64,000 nucleotides of DNA. Origin: an uncultured virus (IMG/VR IMGVR_UViG_3300034073_004395). Lineage: Duplodnaviria > Heunggongvirae > Uroviricota > Caudoviricetes. Below the pieces are notes generated by a model. It made no database searches. It was given only the letters and a program-made list of their open reading frames with translations, and had not been told where the DNA came from. This document shows, one piece after another, positions 10,701 through 20,175 of this stretch (positions are counted from its first letter, which is position 1; each line of letters opens with the position of its first letter). The stretch lies in IMG/VR virus record IMGVR_UViG_3300034073_004395. One strand, given 5' to 3'. The position numbers were made by a program, and so were the translations under genes.

Positions 10701-11507
10701 GACGGCTTGTTTTTTGATTTGCCCTTCGTCATTTCTTGCAAATACATTTACTTTGATTGGAATGGGAGAAGTGATGCCAAACTCGCTTGCCGATGATGGT
10801 GAATAGGCTTGACTAAAGCCCTCGCTCCTTGCATTGAAATCAACAATGGGATCATAAACAGTTCGCGATAGTGCTGTGCCTTGCTGCGCTGGATCGCGAT
10901 CATTGCCAAGTTTTTTGTCGGAAAATAAAATGCGGCCATTATCACGAGCATAAATCCACGCTCCTCCACTCGTAAATAATCGAGTGAGAGTAGAGCCAAA
11001 AGCAGTGCGATTGTAATCAATGGCACTAATATCAGAGGCTCCAATAACCGCCATCATTTGCAAATACTGTACATTGCCATAGCTGTACACTGCAGACCAC
11101 AAAAGCGATGTATTAACCCTTACGCCGCCATTTGGATTGTCATTAAAGCCAGTGCCTTGATTTGTATAGACCAAATTTACTGGATCACCATATTGCGCCA
11201 GCTCTTGCACGGAATCAAAACCATAACGCGGCGCAAAGCGCCTGTCTCTTGCTCTTCTACTTCCCCCTCCAATCTCTGGAGCCTCTGGGCGCGGCGCAAG
11301 CAATGCCGCCGCCACTTGGGCGACAGTACCAACAATGGAAAGGATGAGCGCAACAGTGCCCGCCTCTAGGCCATTTCTAATATCTAAAGCTGTGCCAATT
11401 TTGGGGTCAATGTATTCTTGCTGTGCTTTTCTAAATGCAAAATATTCTTCCTCGCTAATGCCAAGCTCCTTAATAAGGGCATGCTCGTAAGGAAGAAGCT
11501 TTCTCAT
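7725..11507 (-). CDS. Tail tip / host-specificity (lambda J-like) protein with central coiled-coil insertion
   Basis: 1260 aa; DSVQELAQYGDPVNLVY N-term; lambda M-L-K-J-like synteny. Confidence 0.7.
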   Translation of the reverse strand: MRKLLPYEHALIKELGISEEEYFAFRKAQQEYIDPKIGTALDIRNGLEAGTVALILSIVGTVAQVAAALLAPRPEAPEIGGGSRRARDRRFAPRYGFDSVQELAQYGDPVNLVYTNQGTGFNDNPNGGVRVNTSLLWSAVYSYGNVQYLQMMAVIGASDISAIDYNRTAFGSTLTRLFTSGGAWIYARDNGRILFSDKKLGNDRDPAQQGTALSRTVYDPIVDFNARSEGFSQAYSPSSASEFGITSPIPIKVNVFARNDEGQIKKQAVNIEASDRGAFWPAFYQAGSRPSITPGTRIVITIAKVKNRRNDNEADDFADEIRSAAAESIELGGLYKLGSAKFQIVDINGDTELDQQRLSVTLECTADGSGVGPFEDYQTEDIQEQEAELEAEQKRLQDLLISLSNERDSVKITDYFVSDLTGKQQRILQKLYAAAEEVEDLYDAVVSFRRNKGQMDELVLQAEAGSFDRVVVEFATEVDNHEQHIENLRNNIDAIQEDIADAKGDEDKRKRLREQKAKVINQIKSAKKSLKQWRSKLSRAIEEHGVAAGIVADQLARAQQIVFSPGGIQYVFEGLIQVDRNSFPDLSNNDTSASAERKKLRKLVKAFHRLQSQVAAVGQIDQTAYDARINQLNSSIGTVTSQLNNIKTQLKNPNSFNDYLGTKCLVRLHEADYETLSPVDFVHFSFKAKVFMRIQGRASKYGETDVDKYKDSDNGYKARTAMFRAFYRKIGETNWQSPNTIFCIRKTYDKDTFIPLIFQNPEARTKWQFKFEPVFDAPSEAVKAGTALNFVYLEARGPVKNAGPFRYRGYRRQPGINNLPPRNHSPYGVDEWTVFSTHADTSIQYSFDSGPEFRLVTVTEQQLEPLANYPQLYSGMTTLGVNAYSSAGLTNVRNLSAFVTKGKLVRNIELSPPSYPSSPNVASCWAPDIFLDTILDRTNGIGEYVDASSIDINSLALAKAFCIKNKYYMDGLIADKTAWRAFWSEVAPYSLLELAKIGGKETLIPAVPIIGDGTITRDINVAALFNQGNILEDSYKEDFIDYGESTQDVIITVVYRDQPPTEPFPRNTSVTVKLKDTNEALASRRTLDLSNFVTNRNQAINYAQLLCSQRRHIRRAVEFKTFPTEAPIQPGAYIYVHMEENQWNDVHSGMVLADGSLNIPFASESINGTYSTLIYRQGEAPIKQNITYTNGQASALSAFPNALFVLGTAISGKRVFRTVEVAMEEEGEVTIRAVEHPCVEEGGQTKSLIVRFDKGLYDIS

Positions 11508-11526
11508 GACTATTTTCTGTCTTGAC

Positions 11527-11922
11527 TTAGTTTAATACAGCGGAGTCAATGGGAGCCCAAAACTTTGCGTCTTTAATTGTATTACTCCAAAAAGAAGGCC
11601 CAGTTTCCGTGATAGTAAGAATGCCGCCATTGATTACAACGCCAAGTCCAATAGTATTTGATGTGGTTTGCATCACTGCAAGATCTCCTTCTTCGGGCTT
11701 TTCTATGCGCCTTGCGATGCTTTTCATTGCCTTAGCTATTTTGCGCAATGGCAGCTCTTTCCCTTCCATTTCTTCGTACACCCATTGGAAGTCCTCCTCA
11801 TAGCTATAAAGCCCCAAACGCTTTCGCGTTTCAATGAACAGACCAAGGCAATCAATGGTTGTACAGCCAGGAAAAAACTTGGCGGCTGTTTCGTGGCGCA
11901 AGCCAATAAGATCGTTAACCAT
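11527..11922 (-). CDS. NlpC/P60-like tail assembly protein (lambda K-like)
   Basis: DLIGL..IDCLGL..GDL..GLGVV motif; synteny. Confidence 0.65.
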   Translation of the reverse strand: MVNDLIGLRHETAAKFFPGCTTIDCLGLFIETRKRLGLYSYEEDFQWVYEEMEGKELPLRKIAKAMKSIARRIEKPEEGDLAVMQTTSNTIGLGVVINGGILTITETGPSFWSNTIKDAKFWAPIDSAVLN

Positions 11923-12431
11923 TAGCGCAAATTAATGTCAGAATTCAATGGAAGGATGCCAGTATTTTGTCTTGTGAATGAAAGAGCTGGAATATTTGCA
12001 TTAACGCTATCCATTGCGCTTTTAAAACGCAGTTCAATCGTAGTATCGGAAAAACTAGCACCCACGCCAATGTAAAAATCAGTGTACTGAGCGCTCACCA
12101 AATAGTCCGCTGGCTCGCTTGTGCTTTTATTGTTTTCAAGCCATACAGTTTTAATTTCCATGCGAGAGAGGCGATTTCCATCGCCCTCTTCTACTAAACG
12201 CACGCCAAACGTTGTGAATGGAAACAACACTTGCACTGTTTCGTTCTCGCCATTAAGCTGAGCAGTGGCGCCTTCCACCCTGAACGGAGCAAAAGCATAC
12301 AATGGAGAAGCGGTGCCCGGCACCGCAATTAAAGGGCTGGACGATGATGCATAGAAAAAGTTTTGAAAGCGCCTTTCTATCGCGCCGGTCTGTTTTGGCG
12401 TGATAGTAATGAAATGAGCGATGTTAATCAT
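11922..12431 (-). CDS. Minor tail protein (L-like)
   Basis: Size and synteny between distal tail and K-like genes. Confidence 0.5.
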   Translation of the reverse strand: MINIAHFITITPKQTGAIERRFQNFFYASSSSPLIAVPGTASPLYAFAPFRVEGATAQLNGENETVQVLFPFTTFGVRLVEEGDGNRLSRMEIKTVWLENNKSTSEPADYLVSAQYTDFYIGVGASFSDTTIELRFKSAMDSVNANIPALSFTRQNTGILPLNSDINLR

Positions 12432-12434
12432 TAT

Positions 12435-12851
12435 TTATGGTGTATAACGAAGCTCGCCAGCAAGTCTAACTTGTACAGTGCTTCTTGATCGCTCCACGCT
12501 CTCAATACTTGGTGGTTCGATGTAGAACCAGGTGATGTAGTTTATGCGATTAACTCGACTAATCAGACCTTCAGGACGACCAGTTGTTTCATTCGTAGAA
12601 TAGCCACTAAAAATGCTATCTGGCAAACTGAAGCCGTTTTGTAAATTTTGATTATCGTGATAATGGTCCCAAATCAATGAGACAGAAGCTTCTGTAATAT
12701 TCTGAAAAGTAAGCTCTACTACATAGCCAAAACGCTTGTTGCCAAAGCTCCGTCGAACAGTGGCACCATTAAGAGCACGATATTCTTTAATGGGCGCTTG
12801 CCCCATTGAAATGGTGCGTTGTGCTGGTCGCAACGAAGGAAAAGCTGCCAT
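12435..12851 (-). CDS. Distal tail / minor tail protein (M-like)
   Basis: MAAFPSLRP..LTFQNI..W.Y.EPPSIE; immediately after tape measure. Confidence 0.6.
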   Translation of the reverse strand: MAAFPSLRPAQRTISMGQAPIKEYRALNGATVRRSFGNKRFGYVVELTFQNITEASVSLIWDHYHDNQNLQNGFSLPDSIFSGYSTNETTGRPEGLISRVNRINYITWFYIEPPSIESVERSRSTVQVRLAGELRYTP

Positions 12852-12853
12852 GT

Positions 12854-15800
12854 TTAGAAGCCTAGTTGACGGCGAGTAGTGGGAGAATTCTTGAGCTTAT
12901 TTAAGGCTAATTGACTTCCTTGCGCAGCGCCTTCACGAGAAGCAAGCCGGCGAGTCGATGCCATTGCTTGTTCTAATTGCTCTCTGCTTACATACTCTAC
13001 GCCATTGATCTTGGTGGTTTCAAATTTCATATTGAGAGCAGGGGCAGCAGGCATACCAGGAGCATTGTTGCCCATTAGATCACGAGCGGAGCGTCCGCCA
13101 AGCTGCACGGGAATACTCTTGCCATCGGGAAGGGGAACAATGGCTTCGTTGTAACGCCCTTCACCTACAAGGCCAAGAGTGGGGCCGGAGACAACTCCGC
13201 CATTGGCGAAGGCTCGGAAGCCACCAGTGGCAATGCCGCCATTCGCAAAAGCCATGCCAGCGGGCATTTGAGCAACGGGCACATCAACGCCTTGCACAAC
13301 GGACGACTGACCCCCGCCACCAAAACCAGCAAACATTTTTGCAATACCAATGGCGATATAAGTGGAAATCATTTGCGCCGCAGCTTGAGAAAGCGCTTGG
13401 CCAACACTTTGCAAGAAGCTGGCAAACACTTCTTTGGCAGTAGCAGTGCCGCTGATCATGCCGGCAATGCCTTCGGTAAGTACATTGGCAAAGGCAGAGC
13501 TAACGCCTTGAATTGCGCCTTGCAGCCCTTCAAAAACACTACGGAGCTGCATGGCTGTTGTTTCAAGATTAGCCATTTGCGTCGCATAGTCAACATTGCC
13601 TTTCGTATCAATCATTGTCTGTTCAAACACCGAAGCGGCTTCTCCAATGAAACCTGCTCTCAAGCCCCCACCAATCATGCCAAGTTGACCGCGCTTGTCT
13701 TCTAGTGCCTGGTTAAGTTCTCGTTCTTTTCTAATTTCTTTCTCTACGCCAAGCAAACGATCAAGCTCGGCTGCTAGTTCCATAATTTTTTGCTTTCTTG
13801 CTTCAACTAGCACAAGATCTTCTTCTTTTACATCTTTCAATTGCTCAAGCAGCATGAGTTCTGTTTTTTGAGCATTGGTCACTTCGCCTTCGGATGTATT
13901 CAAAGCATTAATGGCCAAAGTAACTTGCGAAATTTGTTTTTCGTAGTCCTCTGTCATATTAAATAAATCTCCCAACACCGCTTTATTGTATTCATACTTC
14001 AAACTGCTTCTTTCGCTCGCGGCAGTTTGATTTGCTTCAGCCATTGCCAATTTGGCATCAGCTTCAGACATCTTGCCTTTTTCTTTTCTTACCTCCTTAA
14101 GCTGTTCTTCAATAATTTTCAGCCCATATTCATATTCTTTGGAAGCGATGCTTAGTTCTTTTTGCCTAGTGCTCAATTGATCGCTAGTTTGAATGGCGAG
14201 CGTTTCCTCCTTTAATCGAGCCCTAAGCACTTCAATTACTTTGCTGTTATAAGCTTGTAATCGTGTTGTCTTTTCTTTTTCGCCCTTGCCTCCAGTGGTG
14301 TCCAGGCTCATGCCAGCACCTGGTCCGCCGAATTGAATTCCCTTAGGAATCGTCGCGGATGCCATGGCGGCACTGCCACCAGTCGCTTTGAATTGTTTTT
14401 GGGCATCTTCATACCGTTTAGCCGCCTTATCGTATTCAATCTTGTCGCTCATATATCCAATTTGGCCTTGTTGAAACTTGGTCCTTCCAGGTCCGTACTT
14501 TTTCATTGCAGCAAAAGCGGCATCCATTTCTGCGCGAGAAGAGGCAGCCGTAGCAGTGCCAGTCATAACGCGAAGTCGATTAATTACTTCTCCGATATAA
14601 CCAAGGACAGGCCCCATCACTTTCATGATTGCATTACCGGCTTGTGAGGCGAGTGAGGCAATGCCAGAGAAAAGAACTGAAAAATCTTTTCCCACTTGAA
14701 TAAGTAAATCTTTATTTTTAGTGACAAAACCAGTGATAGATTCAATGGCGCTGGTCGCAAAATCTTGGAATTGCGCTCCTGCGGGACCAAGTACAGATCC
14801 GATGGCGATCTGCATGTCATTCATTGCTTTCTCAAGACGACGACCAGCAAATTCAGGAGCCGTTGCTAATTGCTCTGAAAATTTTGCGTAGTCTTCGTAG
14901 TTCTTTTTGGCAAAATTAACGAAGTCACCAACTGTTACTTGTCCTTGCTCTAGAGCCTTTTGCAGCTCATCAAAGCTCATTTTGTTTGCTTGCGCAAACT
15001 TAACCACTGCGCCGGGGAACCGTTCGCCTAATTGTCCGCGAAGTTCTTCTGCCTGGACACTCCCCTTGCTGAAGATTTGCACCACTGCTCGCATGGCGCC
15101 ATCTACGTCTTCCATTGAACCACCAACGGAAGAAACGGCTAACACAACGCCTTCTAAAATTTGCTGCGTTTCTTCAACGCTCATATTGTATTGCTTAGTA
15201 TTCACTCGCAATTGAGTGAATTGACGATACACTTGTTCAATGGGAACAACAAGCGTATCGCTACTTTCCGCAATTGCTTTTTGCGCTTCAGCAAAATCAT
15301 TTGCATCAATGGAAGCAAGCGCCAGTCCACGTTGCAATTGTTGAATAGTCGCGGCAGTTTTTGTTGCTCCTCCTGCCATTGTGCCAAGATTATCTGCTAA
15401 CTGACCAAAAGCAGCACCTGCAAACGCTCCAGGGACGCCTCCCATTAAACCGCCAGCAATACCACCAACGGCACTGCCGACACCTCCTCCCAAGCCTCCG
15501 CCATAGAGGAATGCGCCACCAGCAGCGCCTAGGCGTTGCCCGCCAGTAAGGGGACGGCGAGTTTGTTTTTCAATGGCTCCTTCTGTATCAAGAATCTCCT
15601 TGTTTAGTTTTTTCCATTCACGCAAGGTTTCTCCGGAAGGAGAGATTTCTCTTGCTCTATTTCGTAATATGGTAAGCTTTGCCTCAAGCGCATTCAAACT
15701 TCCAGGGGAATACGCCCCTAGTTGCTCTTGCATTTGAACGCTTTGAGCCAACCGTTCCGAAGCTTTTAGTTGAACATTGATCTGCCCAATTTGTCGCTGA

Positions 15801-16225
15801 AATGCCACCCACTCTGCAGTGTTAGGCGAAATCTGCGATGCTTCAATGCGGGCTGCTTCTAATTGTCTTTGTAAGCGCTGGACGCTGCCAATGTCAAACG
15901 CTTCTGCTTGCGCACCAAGCTGAATTGCACCAGCTTGCATGCCAGCACGCTGTCGAGTGCCTTCTGTAATGCCAATAGCAGTGGCTTGCTGTTGGAATTT
16001 CCTGCTTCCAATGGGAAGATTGGCAAGCTTGCGCTGCATTCGCGCAATTTGATTATCAAGCTGTCTAAACGTGTCATCAAGACTTGCGCGAAGAGGTGCT
16101 ACATCCAGTTTGATTTGTACGCTTTTACCAGTGCGGGCTACTTGCGCGACCTTCCTATTGACTTCTTCGATTTCACGAACAATTCTGCTGGCGTTAGTAG
16201 TAAAGTCAATTGTGTAACGTGCCAT
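12854..16225 (-). CDS. Tape measure protein (1123 aa)
   Basis: QIFSKGSVQAEELRGQLGERFPGA tape-measure domain; coiled coils; C-term FANGGVVSGPTLGLVGEG. Confidence 0.92.
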   Translation of the reverse strand: MARYTIDFTTNASRIVREIEEVNRKVAQVARTGKSVQIKLDVAPLRASLDDTFRQLDNQIARMQRKLANLPIGSRKFQQQATAIGITEGTRQRAGMQAGAIQLGAQAEAFDIGSVQRLQRQLEAARIEASQISPNTAEWVAFQRQIGQINVQLKASERLAQSVQMQEQLGAYSPGSLNALEAKLTILRNRAREISPSGETLREWKKLNKEILDTEGAIEKQTRRPLTGGQRLGAAGGAFLYGGGLGGGVGSAVGGIAGGLMGGVPGAFAGAAFGQLADNLGTMAGGATKTAATIQQLQRGLALASIDANDFAEAQKAIAESSDTLVVPIEQVYRQFTQLRVNTKQYNMSVEETQQILEGVVLAVSSVGGSMEDVDGAMRAVVQIFSKGSVQAEELRGQLGERFPGAVVKFAQANKMSFDELQKALEQGQVTVGDFVNFAKKNYEDYAKFSEQLATAPEFAGRRLEKAMNDMQIAIGSVLGPAGAQFQDFATSAIESITGFVTKNKDLLIQVGKDFSVLFSGIASLASQAGNAIMKVMGPVLGYIGEVINRLRVMTGTATAASSRAEMDAAFAAMKKYGPGRTKFQQGQIGYMSDKIEYDKAAKRYEDAQKQFKATGGSAAMASATIPKGIQFGGPGAGMSLDTTGGKGEKEKTTRLQAYNSKVIEVLRARLKEETLAIQTSDQLSTRQKELSIASKEYEYGLKIIEEQLKEVRKEKGKMSEADAKLAMAEANQTAASERSSLKYEYNKAVLGDLFNMTEDYEKQISQVTLAINALNTSEGEVTNAQKTELMLLEQLKDVKEEDLVLVEARKQKIMELAAELDRLLGVEKEIRKERELNQALEDKRGQLGMIGGGLRAGFIGEAASVFEQTMIDTKGNVDYATQMANLETTAMQLRSVFEGLQGAIQGVSSAFANVLTEGIAGMISGTATAKEVFASFLQSVGQALSQAAAQMISTYIAIGIAKMFAGFGGGGQSSVVQGVDVPVAQMPAGMAFANGGIATGGFRAFANGGVVSGPTLGLVGEGRYNEAIVPLPDGKSIPVQLGGRSARDLMGNNAPGMPAAPALNMKFETTKINGVEYVSREQLEQAMASTRRLASREGAAQGSQLALNKLKNSPTTRRQLGF

Positions 16226-16227
16226 GA

Positions 16228-16749
16228 TCAGCGCCCCTCACGATTGATCATGGTATCAATAATCCCTTCAATGCTGTCCAGTGTTGGCTCTGTCCATGGG
16301 CGAGCAGGAAGTCTCTTGCCAGATTTGGCAACCATTCCATCGTGTACGCCCTGCGCTACGTCGTCTTCCCAAATAAATTCAGTGATACTAGAGCTAATCG
16401 GATCTCGTTTTTTACTTTGCAGCAAGGCGCCAGTGTCGATAATGTCGCGAGGACTCCTGACTACTTCGCCATTTTTTCTTCGTGTTGTGTTAGGCCAATC
16501 TCCAGTGAGTGGCCATTTTTCGCTTGCCATTTGCTGATCAAAATCTTTATCCGCCCAATCCATTGCTCCCTCAAAGGTTCGCTGACAAACTCCCCTTAAT
16601 GTCATGAGTTTATTCACTTCGTCGGCTCGCACTTTTGCACCAGCCATGCGCTGTGCATTGCGAGAAACAGCTATCAACCCATCTAACGCTTTGCCGATCA
16701 TTGAGTCAGCTTCAAATGCATTACTTTCAAAGCGAAGCTGATAGGCCAT
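16228..16749 (-). CDS. Tail completion / neck protein (HK97 gp10-like)
   Basis: PRDIIDTGALLQS..VHDG..LPARPW motif. Confidence 0.65.
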   Translation of the reverse strand: MAYQLRFESNAFEADSMIGKALDGLIAVSRNAQRMAGAKVRADEVNKLMTLRGVCQRTFEGAMDWADKDFDQQMASEKWPLTGDWPNTTRRKNGEVVRSPRDIIDTGALLQSKKRDPISSSITEFIWEDDVAQGVHDGMVAKSGKRLPARPWTEPTLDSIEGIIDTMINREGR

Positions 16750-16785
16750 TATTAATTAAGCCATAATAGCTCCAATCTAACATTT

Positions 16786-17714
16786 TCAACTAAGTTCAGC
16801 GCCAATCATGCCTACAATTGCGGCTGGCAACTTCTCATTCTTCAACGCCCATTCAAGCGCTTCTTTTGTTGATGGTTTCAATGAAGACAGGCCATCATCA
16901 AGCTCATACGGAAGAAACTGATCAAGCTTTACTTTCCCTCCCTTCGCTCCCAGCGCTCCCATTACAACCATTGCCAGCTTCGCAGTGCTAATGCTTGCCG
17001 CATTTGTTCTTGCATGCAAAGTCTTATAGCTTTTTTCTAAGACATCAGCAATTAGCTTGACGGGAAGACGAGCAAAATTACCCGCTTGAAACAATGGATC
17101 GACCAATTGCAAAGAAGCTAATTGACAATATATTTCCGTCCAATCAGTGGCATTATTAATGGCCTCGTCGGCTTGCCTTGCAAGCCGCTCTGTTAGTTTT
17201 TTCCTTCTTCCTCCTCTGGCTCTTGCTCTTTATCGCTTTCTTGCCCCCTATCTTCAGCGGCCATAAAAGCTTCCACTTGCTCTAGCCATGCTTGAGGAAG
17301 TTTTTGCGTATCTTCAATAGTCCAATCATCAGTGGCCGCCCATTTCTTGCCGCTCAAGATCTCACCGCGATTACGGAAGAAAATGGTAATTAGCTCGCCA
17401 AACTGCTCTCGTGCAGACGGCATGCTGCTCATTAACGCCACGGCCTCTTCTGAATACTCCGATAAAATGCTTTCTCCCTCATAGTCTCCTTGAAGCATCG
17501 CGAATGCTTCATCTTGATTCACTTCTTTTTCAATGGCAATCTTCTTTGCCAAGGCAATAGCTCGCAAGGTGAACTGTGCCCGCTTCTGTCCTTGCTCTTC
17601 ACGCTTCCAAGCCTCTTCAGCAAGCCAGCTCCCAAACTTACGAAGCCTCAAGCAATCGCCAATATTCTCATATTCTGCATCGCTAAGCAGGAAAATGTTT
17701 GAATACTTGCTCAT
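16786..17714 (-). CDS. Tail assembly chaperone G (17193-17714) and -1 frameshift product GT (to 16786)
   Basis: A-AAA-AAC slippery site at 17196-17202 just before the stop; 8-bp hairpin 8 nt downstream; -1 frame is open into ORF 16786-17112; lies between major tail and tape measure genes. Confidence 0.85.
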
Positions 17715-17722
17715 GATTTTCT

Positions 17723-17941
17723 CTATTGCAGAAAGAGTCTAGCATTGGCAATTCGTAGCGGCACTCCACTATTAATTGCTTTCAATGGAAGGCAAGCTTC
17801 AATTTTTTTGTCCTTATAGACGAAAGCGGCAAATGCAGGACACTGAGAAAGAAAGCAAGCAAGGCCGGCCTTAATTGATATATCATCCACTTCTGCATCA
17901 AATAGCCAGATTTTCTCGCAACTGCTTTTTAAGACTTTCAC
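17723..17941 (-). CDS. Hypothetical protein
   Basis: ATGA overlap with upstream gene in the structural operon. Confidence 0.55.
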   Translation of the reverse strand: MKVLKSSCEKIWLFDAEVDDISIKAGLACFLSQCPAFAAFVYKDKKIEACLPLKAINSGVPLRIANARLFLQ

Positions 17942-18348
17942 GATGCAGGGTAAATGTTTAGTAATTCCGTGTCTGGAATTCTAATGCGATACTGTCCATA
18001 AACTACATCTGATTCGGGGCGAAATGAAAATTGAGCATCGGGAAATCGCCTTGCCATTCTTGTTGCTGCAGCTTGCAAAGCATTAGAGCTAGTTGTGTAA
18101 TCAACTAGCACGACAGTCCATTGCTTATTATTTTGCACTTTTCCAACCATCGCCCTAGGAGAAATGGAGGCGAATTCTTCAATTGTTACTTCCAGCCCTT
18201 TTACTTTCCACTCATTCGGGACGCCCTGTCTCCCCACAACGTACACGGCAGGAAGCGTGGCATTGTTAGGCAGCGTATAAGTGCCAATTAAATTAGGCGA
18301 TGCAGAAAGCAGCTCAGTTACTGTTTCCCGAAGTTGCGTAATGTTCAC
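17938..18348 (-). CDS. Putative tail terminator
   Basis: Size and synteny next to major tail protein. Confidence 0.5.
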   Translation of the reverse strand: MNITQLRETVTELLSASPNLIGTYTLPNNATLPAVYVVGRQGVPNEWKVKGLEVTIEEFASISPRAMVGKVQNNKQWTVVLVDYTTSSNALQAAATRMARRFPDAQFSFRPESDVVYGQYRIRIPDTELLNIYPAS

Positions 18349-18352
18349 AATA

Positions 18353-18378
18353 AAAAGCCTTCCCGTAAAGGAAGGCTA
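18353..18378 (-). terminator. Intrinsic terminator after major tail gene
   Basis: AGCCTTCC stem plus T-tract on minus strand. Confidence 0.6.
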
Positions 18379-18401
18379 GCAAAGAACAATGGAAAGATGA
18401 A

Positions 18402-18980
18402 TCAGCTATTGGGAGCCGAAGGGATGATCGAACCAGTCTCGGAAGCATTCTGGTGAATGCCAATGCGACCACGGCTGATTAAATCAAAGGTGCATTCCAC
18501 GAGATTGTCGGCAGGATAGCTCTCGTTGTAGTTCATCACGCAAGCAGTAAATGCCACGCGATCATAATAATAAGTGGTGCCAGAAGCACCAAGCTGCTTA
18601 TTGATTTCTACGTACACTTCGTGGTTCTTGTCATAGCGCGAAGCGCTAATCACCTGGAAAGCTTCGTCAAAGCTATTGGGCAGGAACACAGTGCCATCAA
18701 CATCCTTCTGGAAGTAGGAAGTGATGGAAGCAGTGGCTTGGCTGGTAACAATCACGCTATCAGCGAAGCCGCCGCCGCCAAGCAGATAAAATTCTTGGTT
18801 GCCATCGTTAAAGGCAACAGAAGCCGTGGTAGCGGCTTGCAGAGTGTAAAGAGTGGGAGCGCCGCTTACAGTGAAGGTGGCGCCGCTCTGGGTGATCACA
18901 GGACGTGCAGTGCCGTTGATCGAGCCAACGCGCACAATCACGTCTTGGCTCTTCACCAGCTCCGTAGGATGGTAAAGCAT
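18402..18980 (-). CDS. Major tail (tube) protein
   Basis: 192 aa; YNESYPADNLVECTFDLISRG; synteny; followed by terminator. Confidence 0.7.
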   Translation of the reverse strand: MLYHPTELVKSQDVIVRVGSINGTARPVITQSGATFTVSGAPTLYTLQAATTASVAFNDGNQEFYLLGGGGFADSVIVTSQATASITSYFQKDVDGTVFLPNSFDEAFQVISASRYDKNHEVYVEINKQLGASGTTYYYDRVAFTACVMNYNESYPADNLVECTFDLISRGRIGIHQNASETGSIIPSAPNS

Positions 18981-19033
18981 GAGAAGATCCTCAGCAATGG
19001 AAAGAATGATTAAGCGGCGAAGTCTTGATTAAA

Positions 19034-19423
19034 TCAAGCATTGTCAACGCTTCCTTTGCCAATCAGTCTAAAAATTCCCCTAATTGGCGCGCCGAGGAAC
19101 TGCCAATAATGAATAGCAATCTCCTCGTTTGGTAATAGTTCAAAGCGTCCTTCTCTTCCATTGATTGTTGCCCGAGCAGAATCTCCAGGTGTTACGCCAG
19201 ATAACGTAAGCGGAGAAGTGAGACGGCCTTCCATGTAAACAGCCGTCTGATCCGCGCCAAGCAAATAATCGTACTGAGGATTGCGTTTTTGTCTTAACGA
19301 TGCGTAATAAGTGACGCCAGTTGCAACTGCCACGTAATTCCCTGTTTCACTATCAAGCGCATAGCCTGAAGCCACCGACCATACCAATGTGGAATTAGCA
19401 AGTGGCTCCAGGAAGTTGCTCAT
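19034..19423 (-). CDS. Head closure / head-tail joining protein
   Basis: Synteny after adaptor; beta-rich. Confidence 0.5.
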   Translation of the reverse strand: MSNFLEPLANSTLVWSVASGYALDSETGNYVAVATGVTYYASLRQKRNPQYDYLLGADQTAVYMEGRLTSPLTLSGVTPGDSARATINGREGRFELLPNEEIAIHYWQFLGAPIRGIFRLIGKGSVDNA

Positions 19424-19731
19424 ACAACGAAACCAACAGAAGAAGAAGGGAGCGTATTCAACATACGCTTGAACTCTTGACCATATTGAGTGGCATCTAG
19501 CCCCTCACCATACACTTTGCCTTCAGTGGCACCAATTTGAATGCCCATCTGCGCAAGTTGAATGGCAATGATATGAGCAGCAAGAAACTTAACCGCCCTA
19601 TCCGTTTGTTCCCCAAACACATCTTCTGAGGCATCGTAAGTAGCTTCAGAGATGGCGCCATTCACGATCCCCGATGGATGGGGAGTGAATTCAGGGAACC
19701 GCTCAAGAAAACTCGCATAAGTGACGGCCAT
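19420..19731 (-). CDS. Head-tail adaptor (DUF4054 family)
   Basis: FLERFPEF..LAAH..TQYGQEF signature. Confidence 0.85.
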   Translation of the reverse strand: MAVTYASFLERFPEFTPHPSGIVNGAISEATYDASEDVFGEQTDRAVKFLAAHIIAIQLAQMGIQIGATEGKVYGEGLDATQYGQEFKRMLNTLPSSSVGFVV

Positions 19732-19733
19732 AA

Positions 19734-20120
19734 TCAGGCTTTCCCAATGCGAATGTTTTCAATGCGCTTGTTAATAGCATTACGCACCCTTACGCGGCCT
19801 TCAATCTTTTTCCAGCCATTCAACTGATCCGGGTCATGAATGAGTTCAATCATGCGGATGGCTTCCACCATTGGCATCTGAGAAAGCGTTTGCACATCTT
19901 GCGGAATGTCTTCCACCATGATCTGCTCGCGCACTTCCTCGATGGCTCCAATGTTCATAAGGCGTTTAACTGCCTTATTCTCACGAGCTACTTTCCATTG
20001 ATACTCTGGAATGTCTTGATTAAGGCCAGGCGTGAGTTGAATCATGCCTGTTTGCGTAATAATGCCAAACCCGCCTTCACGGGGCGGGTTCTCAAGTTCG
20101 GGACGATAAGCAATGAGCAT
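19734..20120 (-). CDS. Hypothetical virion-associated protein
   Basis: IQLTPGLN..EGRVRVRNAI; typical gene after DUF2184 capsids. Confidence 0.6.
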   Translation of the reverse strand: MLIAYRPELENPPREGGFGIITQTGMIQLTPGLNQDIPEYQWKVARENKAVKRLMNIGAIEEVREQIMVEDIPQDVQTLSQMPMVEAIRMIELIHDPDQLNGWKKIEGRVRVRNAINKRIENIRIGKA

Positions 20121-20175
20121 TGTTCAAAAGAAACAATTGTCCATAGCTTAACGTCCTTCGCTTGATCAACTATCC

